From an uncultured Candidatus Micrarchaeota archaeon (GTDB lineage: Archaea; Micrarchaeota; Micrarchaeia; Anstonellales; Bilamarchaeaceae), in the NCBI GenBank assembly GCA_963723105.1, contig CAVRPK010000001.1, positions 80,543 to 144,542 of the forward strand: a stretch of DNA of 64,000 nucleotides, read 5' to 3'. Positions 34,466 through 42,209 of this stretch are shown piece by piece. The first letter of the stretch is position 1; the number at the start of each line of letters is the position of its first letter. The position numbers were made by a program, and so were the translations under genes. The notes beneath the pieces are model-generated. The model had not been told where the DNA came from, made no database searches, and saw nothing but the letters and a program-made list of their open reading frames with translations.

Positions 34466-36213
34466 ACTACCCGGCCGCCTTCAGTAATGAAAACTATTAT
34501 CCTTAGTATAATAAGAATAATGCCACGGTATATTTTGAGAACCATCTTGTTGAATGAATTGTTTCTATTGGAAATGGTTCCAAGAAGATCTTTGAATGCT
34601 TCTTTTTCTCCAGGTCCCATCTTGCTGTCAGTAACCTTTTTGTGTTCTTTGCCGTCAATAACAGTAAGTTCCTCCTGTTTTCCGATTTGTTTTTTGGCCT
34701 GCTCATACCATGGAGGAAGAGAAGACCTTTTCTTTGCAATAGAAGAAACGAAATCTCCAAGAGTAAGTGATCTTTGCTTGACTTGTTTTTTAGCAATTTC
34801 AGCTGCTTGCTCTGCATCCATTCCGTCTGCAACCATTTTCTCAATCTTTTTCTCGATTCCTTTGAATGCTTCTCTCCATGGGATAGTTGCAGCATCATCC
34901 ACAATTGCCTTGTGATCTGCAGAAGCATATCCCTTTGATGCAATACCTAGGATATTGAAGGGAATGAACATTGATAGTGGCCTTTTCTTTGAATGCATCT
35001 TCAAAATAGCAACTCTTGAGGCATAGTCTGGCTCTGGAACATATAGAGTTTTGCTGAAACGCCCTGATCTTCTAAGTGCAGGGTCAACATCCCATGGTGC
35101 GTTTGTTGCTGCAATGATAAGGACGTTCTGGTTGTTTGCCTCAACACCATCCATCTCGTAAAGCATCTGGTTTACAGCCATCTTCATGTACTGCGCTCCT
35201 TCACCCTGGTCTCTTCTGCCACCGATAGCATCAACTTCATCGAAGAATAATATAACTGGCGAATTCTTCCTTGCAAGCTCAAATACTTTGTGAATATTCT
35301 TTTCCGTATTTCCGACATACATGTCCAAAAGGTCTGATAGTTTTGCATTGATAAAACCAGCACCACATTCACCAGCTGCTGCTTTTACAATAAATGTCTT
35401 TCCGCAACCAGGAGGTCCATACATCAAGATACCTCCCCCACCAAGTTTACCATATTTGCGAGCAAGATCTGGATTTCTCATTGGATAAACAACAGCTTCG
35501 CGGATTTCTTCTTTCATCTTTTTCATACCAGCAACATCTTCAAACTTCATGTCTGGCTTTGTGAGCATTTTGATGTCTGCTGTTCCACCTTCACCGCCTT
35601 TGCCATCCTTGCCGTCTTGATCTTTCTTTGCTCGAGCACTCTCAAGATGTGTTTTTGCTTCTGTAAGCTCTGGATTCAGTTCAAGCGCTTTTTCATAATC
35701 TGCAATAGCATTTGACATGGTTCCTGCATATTCATATGCAAGTCCACGAAGATGATATGCTTCTGCAAAATCTTCCTTGAGCTTAATAACTTTTGAAAAG
35801 TCCTCAACTGCTTTTTCATATTCTTCAATAGAGGCATACGAAAGACCTCTGTTGTAGAATGCTTTGAGATAATTTGGATTTAGAGAAATAGCCTTGTCAT
35901 AATCTTTTACTGCACTTTGGAAGTCCTGCTTTCTGTAAAATGCATCTCCACGGTTATTGTATATGATTGGATTCTGAGGATCCAGTTCCATGGACTTTGT
36001 ATAATCTGCAATGGATTTGTCAAAGTTTTTTAGCTGATAATAAGACAATGCTCTGTTGAAATATGCCTCTGAGAAAACAGGATTAAGTAGAATTGCCATG
36101 TTGTAGTTTTCTATTGCTCGGTCATAATCCCCTTTTTCATAGTAGTCATTACCCATCTGGTAATATGTTTTTGCGTCTGTAGGATTGGATTTTCGCTCAG
36201 CCATAATGGTCAC
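34462..36213 (-). CDS. TPR-repeat + single AAA+ ATPase with C-terminal TM segment
   Basis: About 5 N-terminal TPRs (AIENYNMAILLNP, AIADYTKSMELDP...). The AAA module has GPPGCGKTFIVKAAA, ILFFDEVD and an SRH. A hydrophobic tail GIILIILRIIVFI follows. The stop overlaps the pyrC start by 4 nt. Confidence 0.85.
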   Translation of the reverse strand: MTIMAERKSNPTDAKTYYQMGNDYYEKGDYDRAIENYNMAILLNPVFSEAYFNRALSYYQLKNFDKSIADYTKSMELDPQNPIIYNNRGDAFYRKQDFQSAVKDYDKAISLNPNYLKAFYNRGLSYASIEEYEKAVEDFSKVIKLKEDFAEAYHLRGLAYEYAGTMSNAIADYEKALELNPELTEAKTHLESARAKKDQDGKDGKGGEGGTADIKMLTKPDMKFEDVAGMKKMKEEIREAVVYPMRNPDLARKYGKLGGGGILMYGPPGCGKTFIVKAAAGECGAGFINAKLSDLLDMYVGNTEKNIHKVFELARKNSPVILFFDEVDAIGGRRDQGEGAQYMKMAVNQMLYEMDGVEANNQNVLIIAATNAPWDVDPALRRSGRFSKTLYVPEPDYASRVAILKMHSKKRPLSMFIPFNILGIASKGYASADHKAIVDDAATIPWREAFKGIEKKIEKMVADGMDAEQAAEIAKKQVKQRSLTLGDFVSSIAKKRSSLPPWYEQAKKQIGKQEELTVIDGKEHKKVTDSKMGPGEKEAFKDLLGTISNRNNSFNKMVLKIYRGIILIILRIIVFITEGGRVV

Positions 36214-36263
36214 TTATGATATACTGTTATTAGAGGTATGTTTTTAACCCTTGCAATCAGCCA

Positions 36264-37484
36264 CTAGAATTCACCACTGGCACTAATTCGCTCTTCCAGT
36301 CTCAAAAGCTGGTTGTATTTTGATGTACGCTCTCCGCGAGCAGGAGCACCTGTTTTTATTTGTCCAGCATTGATTCCAACTGCAAAATCAGCAATAAACG
36401 AATCTTCAGTTTCACCAGATCTGTGACTGACAATGATATTAAGCTTGTTTTCTCGGCATAGCCGAACTGCATCCATCGCCTCAGTAACTGTTCCAATCTG
36501 ATTCACCTTGAGCAAAAGTGCTGAGATTGCATCAACTTCAATTGCACGCTTTAGCCTCGCTACATTAGTTACGACCAGATCATCGCCAACAACCTGGACA
36601 TTAGGAAGCTCTTTGTTCAAAGCTGAAAATGCCTGGAAACTTTCTTCGTAGAATGGATCTTCGATGCTAATGATAGGATAGGCCTTCGCAAGATCAGTAT
36701 AATAATCAACAAGTTCATGTTCAGAGAGCACTTTTCCATCTATTGAGTATTTTCCATTAGAATAAAATGATGAAGCAGCAGCATCAATTGCATAGCCGCA
36801 TGATTTTTCATATCCAGCTTCTTCAACTGCAGCAGAAATTGCATCAAATGCTTCGTAGGTATTTCCAATAGAAGGTGCAAAACCCCCTTCATCTCCGACA
36901 TTTCGTGCAGATGCTCCATACTTTTTGACAAGCATTGCCCCAAGAATATGGTAAATTTCGCTTGCCATCCTAAGACGTTCTGAAAAGTTTTCTGCCTCTG
37001 GAATAATCATGAATTCTTGTATTGCCAGCGGATTTCCTGCATGCTTTCCGCCATTTATAATATTGAACATTGCATGAGGGATTTGAACTCCACCGAAGTT
37101 TTCATGGAGCATTTTTCCTTTTGATGATGCTTCGAGCCGAAGTGCTGCAACAGAGGTTGCAACCATAGCATTTGCTCCAAGATTGCTTTTATTTTCTGTT
37201 CCATCAAGAGATATGAGTTTCTCGTCAACTTCTCTGGAAGTGAGTTCATGGCCTATCAGAGCAGGTGCTATTATTGTGTTTACATTGTTTACTGCTTTTA
37301 GAACGCCTTGGCCTAGATACCGGTGACCCCCATCACGAAGTTCAACGGCTTCGTGTATACCAGTTGATGCTCCACTTGGTGCAGCTGAGCTGCCCATTGC
37401 ATTTTCAGTAAAAATATCTACTTCTACAGTCGGATTTCCCCTAGAATCAAGAATTTCTCTTGCCCAAAGAGCAGTAATTTTCAT
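36264..37484 (-). CDS. eno: Enolase
   Basis: ILDSRGNPTVEVD, SHRSGETED and KTGAPARGERTSKYNQLLR. Confidence 0.95.
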   Translation of the reverse strand: MKITALWAREILDSRGNPTVEVDIFTENAMGSSAAPSGASTGIHEAVELRDGGHRYLGQGVLKAVNNVNTIIAPALIGHELTSREVDEKLISLDGTENKSNLGANAMVATSVAALRLEASSKGKMLHENFGGVQIPHAMFNIINGGKHAGNPLAIQEFMIIPEAENFSERLRMASEIYHILGAMLVKKYGASARNVGDEGGFAPSIGNTYEAFDAISAAVEEAGYEKSCGYAIDAAASSFYSNGKYSIDGKVLSEHELVDYYTDLAKAYPIISIEDPFYEESFQAFSALNKELPNVQVVGDDLVVTNVARLKRAIEVDAISALLLKVNQIGTVTEAMDAVRLCRENKLNIIVSHRSGETEDSFIADFAVGINAGQIKTGAPARGERTSKYNQLLRLEERISASGEF

Positions 37485-37539
37485 GACTTAATGTTAGAAC
37501 AACTCCCTTTTTTTATCTTACGTATCATATATTGTTTTT

Positions 37540-38151
37540 ATGCTTCTTAAAAGCGGGAAAATACATGTTAAACCACACGCAGAACTAAAAAAACCGCTTA
37601 TCGATACGATTCAAAAAATAACTAGTGGAACCGTACTAAAAAGATTGGAGGCAATAATGGACATTAGCCACAATTTCAAAGAAGGGAAAGTAACAACTGA
37701 ACAAGCCCGTGCAATACTAAAAGAAACTCTGCATGATGATGAGCAGATAATCAGATGGAGTACTGTATATGCACTAGGACATTTGGGGATTATGGCGCTT
37801 CCAGATCTTAGCGAGGCTCTTGATGATGAGTGCGTTGTGGTTCGAAGCATGAGTGCTGCTATGATATATAGCACTCTCAAAGAGGCTAAAATCCCAGAGC
37901 GAATATCATTCAATCCATATATGGAAGAGATATCAAAAAGATTGGTCGATTGTCTTGGCTCAGGAGACAAATCTGTTGAAATGTATGCAACGCTTTCGCT
38001 TGGAGAAATTGCAAAACGCGATCCAGTTGGAGCACTAAAAACAATAGAAACTTGCTTAACATTTGATAGTGAAACAAGAAATAGACTTGATATAGTTGTA
38101 AAAATTGCCGAAGTAGTAATTGAAAATGCTGCAAGAGCAAACAAAGCATGA
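37540..38151 (+). CDS. HEAT-repeat (PBS-lyase-like) protein
   Basis: Repeats such as IRWSTVYALGHLG, VVRSMSAAMIY and MYATLSLGEIA. The equally long antisense ORF is S/L-rich and rejected. Confidence 0.6.
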   Translation: MLLKSGKIHVKPHAELKKPLIDTIQKITSGTVLKRLEAIMDISHNFKEGKVTTEQARAILKETLHDDEQIIRWSTVYALGHLGIMALPDLSEALDDECVVVRSMSAAMIYSTLKEAKIPERISFNPYMEEISKRLVDCLGSGDKSVEMYATLSLGEIAKRDPVGALKTIETCLTFDSETRNRLDIVVKIAEVVIENAARANKA

Positions 38152-38345
38152 TCAGTATGGAACTTGTTCTGGACAATAAGAAAATGGAAATGAAATACCA
38201 GGGAACCATAGAGCAACTGCTAAAAGAACTCAAAGTTATGCGAGAGGAAGTTGTGATAAAGGTAAATGGAGAACTTAGTGCAGAAACAACCGAAGTCGGC
38301 TCTGCAGATAAAGTCGAAATAATAAAGGTAGTTTTTGGTGGCTAA
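38148..38345 (+). CDS. ThiS/MoaD-like ubiquitin-fold sulfur carrier ending in Gly-Gly (TtuB/SAMP-like)
   Basis: 65 aa ending VEIIKVVFGG-stop. An ATGA overlap joins it to the upstream gene, and it sits directly upstream of the TtuA-like gene. Confidence 0.65.
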   Translation: MISMELVLDNKKMEMKYQGTIEQLLKELKVMREEVVIKVNGELSAETTEVGSADKVEIIKVVFGG

Positions 38346-39246
38346 TTGTTTTTGCGGGAAAGTTGCAGTAGTATTTCTCCAATATTCCAAGAAACATCTT
38401 TGCAAAAAACACTTTTTGCTAATGTTTGATAAGAGATTTAGAAAAACCATCCGCGAATTTTCAATGCTCAAAGCTGGGGATAGGGTTGCAATAGGACTTT
38501 CTGGCGGAAAGGATAGCTGCGCACTGCTTCAGTCAATGGTACGATTAAAAGAAAAACTTCCGATGGAACTTGTTGCAATCACAATTAATGAAGGAATTAA
38601 AGGATACAGAGAAAAAACCCTCAAAACTGCAAAACGAGAATGCGAAAAGCATGATGTTGAGCATGTGGTTTTGAGTTTCAAAGAAGCAGCTGAATTGGAT
38701 CTGGATGAAATTGTCAAATCAAAAAAAGATGGGGTGCCTTGCAGCCATTGCGGAGTTCTTCGAAGATATTTACTCAACAAAGGCTCTCGCGAAGCAGGCG
38801 CAAACAAACTTGCAACTGGACACAATTTGGACGACGTTGCACAAACAGTTTTCATGAACATAATGAGAAATGAACCAGCAAGGCTCGCCAGATATCTTGA
38901 ACCTATTAGCCAAAGCAGCAAGTTCATTCGAAGAATTAGACCATTCATGAGAACTCCGGAAAAAGAAATTGCGATATATTGCATGGTAAATGGAATTGAA
39001 CTGGACAATATGGACTGTCCATATGCAGGATTTGCATTCAGAGGGCAAGTTAGAAAAATTCTCAACGAAACAGAAGAAAAATATCCAGGAACTAAATTCA
39101 AGATTCTAAATAGTTTTATTGAAATGGAAGATGCGCTTCGCGCAAAGTATTCAGTTAATGCAAAACTTGAAAGCTGCAAAAGTTGCGGAGAGCCTTGTTC
39201 TGATGAAGTTTGTATGTTTTGCAAAAAGGTGAAGGTACTTAAATAA
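38335..39246 (+). CDS. ttuA: tRNA 2-thiolation PP-loop ATPase (TtuA/NcsA family)
   Basis: N-terminal Zn finger CFCG...HLCKKH, PP-loop GLSGGKDSC, CSHCGVLRR and C-terminal CKSCG...CMFC. A non-ATG start (TTG 38335 or GTG 38338) overlaps the GG-stop of the carrier gene. Confidence 0.85.
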   Translation: MVANCFCGKVAVVFLQYSKKHLCKKHFLLMFDKRFRKTIREFSMLKAGDRVAIGLSGGKDSCALLQSMVRLKEKLPMELVAITINEGIKGYREKTLKTAKRECEKHDVEHVVLSFKEAAELDLDEIVKSKKDGVPCSHCGVLRRYLLNKGSREAGANKLATGHNLDDVAQTVFMNIMRNEPARLARYLEPISQSSKFIRRIRPFMRTPEKEIAIYCMVNGIELDNMDCPYAGFAFRGQVRKILNETEEKYPGTKFKILNSFIEMEDALRAKYSVNAKLESCKSCGEPCSDEVCMFCKKVKVLK

Positions 39247-39265
39247 TTTTAATCCATGTCTTCTT

Positions 39266-40024
39266 ATGGAGATTGTTTTTCTTGGAACAGGCGGCGGCAG
39301 AATTAACCTCATCAAACAAGTGAGGGCCACTGGCGGATTCCGAATAAATTCAAAATCCGCTAATATCCATATTGATCCAGGCCCTGGCGCTTTGATTCAA
39401 TCAGTAAAAAACAAACAAGATCCGCTAGAACTTGATTGCATTATTGTAACTCACAATCACACAGACCACGTAAATGACGCGCAAGTTCTAGTTGAGGGCA
39501 TGAGCCATTATTGCTTGAAAAAAAATGGGATCGTTATAACTACTTCGAAAATGATTGAGGAAAACGGGATTAGTCCTTGGCATCTTGAGAAAGTGGATGA
39601 AGTTTATGAAGTTGGGTTTGGAGAAAAGAAAAAATTCAGTACAAAAAAAGGAGAATTCGAAATTGAAATTATCAAGATGACCCATGATGAAGAGCCTAAT
39701 TTTGGTTTTATTATGGTTATGGATGGTAAAAAAATTGGCTACATATCAGATACTGAATTTAATGAAAGCTATGGGGAAGCTTTTTCCGGATGCGAGGTTC
39801 TTGTCGTGAATTGCATCAAGCCAGAGAATGATAAGTATCATGGCCACTTGACAAGTAATGATGTTGTAAAGATTTTGAAAATAGCAAAACCAAAAAAAGC
39901 AGTGATAACTCATCTTGGAATGAAGATGCTTCGAAACGGTCCAACAAAAGAAGCAGAAAAAATTGAAGAGCAAAGCAGTGTTCAAACAATTGCTGCAAAA
40001 GATGGAATGAAGATTAATGTTTGA
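39266..40024 (+). CDS. Metallo-beta-lactamase-fold hydrolase
   Basis: IIVTHNHTDHVND (HxHxDH) followed by downstream His and Asp residues. Confidence 0.75.
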   Translation: MEIVFLGTGGGRINLIKQVRATGGFRINSKSANIHIDPGPGALIQSVKNKQDPLELDCIIVTHNHTDHVNDAQVLVEGMSHYCLKKNGIVITTSKMIEENGISPWHLEKVDEVYEVGFGEKKKFSTKKGEFEIEIIKMTHDEEPNFGFIMVMDGKKIGYISDTEFNESYGEAFSGCEVLVVNCIKPENDKYHGHLTSNDVVKILKIAKPKKAVITHLGMKMLRNGPTKEAEKIEEQSSVQTIAAKDGMKINV

Positions 40025-40124
40025 TTTTGTGAAAAATATATTGTCATGATGTGTGTAAAATCACAAAAAATCAAAAAAACAGGTAAAAACTACTATTTTT
40101 AAGGATTACCATACTCTAATAGTA

Positions 40125-40836
40125 ATGGGAGGGGATAGTATGATACGAAATCAAGATAAAAAAACTGGACGGAACGCTGCTGAGAAGCCCAGTGAAATGA
40201 GTAGAAGAGCATTCTTCAGAGTAGGAGGAACCGGACTTGCTGTGGGTGCAGCTATGGCCTCAGGACTTGGAACTTTGCTGTTTTCTAAAAATGCTAATGC
40301 TGCAGTAAGAAGAATCGGAGGAAGAAATATTCTTGTCGTTCCTCTTGAACGAGATCTATCTGCTATGGACAGTGACTCTGAACAATACAGAGGTACAGAG
40401 CATCAACCAACTGAAAGAGATCCAGAATACAGGAACAATTCAACAGTACCTAGAGACTCGTCATTTATTATCACATTGAATAATCCATCTGATAGAAGAA
40501 GACTAACAATAGTCATTCCAACACAAGATGACCCGATGGGAGTAGACCTCAATGATTTTGCCAGATTTATCAGAGCAAATGCAGATCACCAAGTCAACAG
40601 GGTAAAGCTTGTAATCGACAGAGGAACAATTGAAAGAGATGGAGAAGATGTTCCATACACTGATGTTCTTGGTTATTCCAATAGACAGCCAGGGAAGGGC
40701 AACTACTGCAAGAGAGAATGGAGAATACCTAGTATATGGTGCATCAAAAACAGGAGATGAAGTTGGTGATGCAAACATGTACGTTCTCAAAGAGCCATCA
40801 GAAGAACATACCATCCCTGTTGCTCCTCGAGCATAA
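40125..40836 (+). CDS. Tat-signal secreted protein with apparent +1 frameshift near 40695-40710 (island 2)
   Basis: Twin-arginine signal SRRAFFRVGGTGLAVGAAMASGLG...ANA. Frame 0 ends at 40760. The +1 frame continues with a protein-like tail (ENGEYLVYGASKTGDEVGDANMYVLKEPSEEHTIPVAPRA) to 40836. Confidence 0.5.
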
Positions 40837-40877
40837 AAATAAGCCTATTTTTTAATTTTTCTTCTTAAATTCTATTT

Positions 40878-42146
40878 ATGGTAATCGGAAGAGCACGAGC
40901 AAGTGAAGAAGGAGAAGTTACACCAGGACCTCAAGTTATAGTAGCACAAGCAACTGAAATGGCAGTCCAGCAAATACGGGACCAGATGCAGCAAGGTGCC
41001 ATGCAGCCTTTGCAATATACTCCAATACCAGCTGATGCTGATCCACTTACAAGAAGAGAGATGGAAGATGCACGCCCTACAGACCTGAATGTTTTGATGG
41101 GCTTTGTAGCTCGGGAAGAGAGAGAAGGATTTAATGCAAGGCTCTCAAGCTCTGGAATCCAGAACAATCCAGATGAGCTTTGGGAAACTTTTACTGCAAG
41201 ATACCAGGAATGCAGAACGGCTGTTGAAGGTGGGGAAGTTACTCAAGGAGATGCAGTTGAACAAACTGAAGCAGATGTAACAGCAATGAACCAAGCTGCA
41301 ATAGGCAATGCAGTTGGAGTTCTCGACCAACAACAACCTGAAGGCATCCGACCACTCCTACCAGAACTTATTGCTTTTGCTGCTCAGGGCGAGGAAGGTG
41401 ATATGACCGCATTTGCTGGAGCATTACCACAAATGGAACAAAATCAAATCGATCAACTTTTTAGTATGTGTAGGAGGGTGTTTTATGTCCAGTTATCATT
41501 AATCAAAGGAGGACAATCCAATGATCTGATTAGAAATAACAGAGCGGAGGAAGGATATGCTCTTGCAGTTGAAGCAGACGAAGATTTAGTGACAGCAGCA
41601 GAGACATTTGAAACACCAGAAGAAAGAGGAGAATTCTTAGATCAAGAACGATCTGATCTTTATGAAATATTAAGAAATGGACTTACTCCAGATCAAGAAA
41701 GAGGCTTGATAAGACATTTGTCAGAGGCGCGTGCATTCACAGACGCAATGCTTATGAATAGGGAAATGCAGTTGAACATAGAAGAAGCTGCAGAACAACA
41801 AGGCACAGAAACACCAGATATAGATATTGAAAGCCTTACTGATCCATCCGGCTCAGCAATCAGAACCGCTGCTCAAGAAAGAGCGAGAGATGCTCTAGAT
41901 AAACTAAGGAAAATGCAGCAGCAGGGAATGAGCGAGACTGAAATTAGAGATAGTGAATATTTTACGTACCTGGCAAGCGTTGCTGGAAGCGCAGCAGGAG
42001 CCCAAAGAGCACTTGAGAGAATGAGTGGATCTACAGAGGGGGCAGTTGCAGATTCAGTAATCACACAGGCAATGATGAGAAGACTGCTCAGAGCAGGCTA
42101 TATGGATTTAACTCCACATAAAACTTCAGAAGACCGAGCAGCTTAA
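40878..42146 (+). CDS. Q/E/A/R-rich orphan protein (island 2)
   Basis: 422 aa with no signal peptide and no motif recognised. Its composition is very unlike neighbouring proteins. Confidence 0.55.
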   Translation: MVIGRARASEEGEVTPGPQVIVAQATEMAVQQIRDQMQQGAMQPLQYTPIPADADPLTRREMEDARPTDLNVLMGFVAREEREGFNARLSSSGIQNNPDELWETFTARYQECRTAVEGGEVTQGDAVEQTEADVTAMNQAAIGNAVGVLDQQQPEGIRPLLPELIAFAAQGEEGDMTAFAGALPQMEQNQIDQLFSMCRRVFYVQLSLIKGGQSNDLIRNNRAEEGYALAVEADEDLVTAAETFETPEERGEFLDQERSDLYEILRNGLTPDQERGLIRHLSEARAFTDAMLMNREMQLNIEEAAEQQGTETPDIDIESLTDPSGSAIRTAAQERARDALDKLRKMQQQGMSETEIRDSEYFTYLASVAGSAAGAQRALERMSGSTEGAVADSVITQAMMRRLLRAGYMDLTPHKTSEDRAA

Positions 42147-42150
42147 TCTA

Positions 42151-42165
42151 TTTTTCCTTTTTTTT
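42151..42165 (+). terminator. Oligo-T terminator
   Basis: TTTTTCCTTTTTTTT starts 5 nt after the TAA at 42144-42146. Confidence 0.55.
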
Positions 42166-42209
42166 AACAGGTTTTTTAAAAACTAAAGGATAACTACTTC
42201 TTGATTTTT

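Noticed and set aside
37611-38216. 201-aa minus-strand ORF, as long as the plus-strand HEAT-repeat gene it overlaps.
   Set aside because: The translation is S/L/F/I-rich low-complexity sequence typical of an antisense shadow frame in AT-rich DNA. The plus-strand product has recognisable HEAT-like repeats and ATGA coupling to the downstream ThiS-like gene.
38529-39224. 231-aa minus-strand ORF antisense to the TtuA-like gene. Similar long antisense ORFs occur at 5809..6408, 18810..19310, 21266..21709, 22688..23143, 47155..47673 and 48286..48717.
   Set aside because: Each lies wholly inside a gene with strong family motifs on the other strand. Each has a Ser/Leu/Phe/Cys-rich composition with no motifs. 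I treat them as shadow ORFs.
40025-40068. Inverted repeat TTTTGTGA...(28 nt)...TCACAAAA just after the MBL gene stop, considered as a terminator hairpin or small RNA.
   Set aside because: The arms are only 8 bp with a large loop. On the transcribed strand the element is followed by A-runs rather than T-runs, and there is no minus-strand gene it could terminate.
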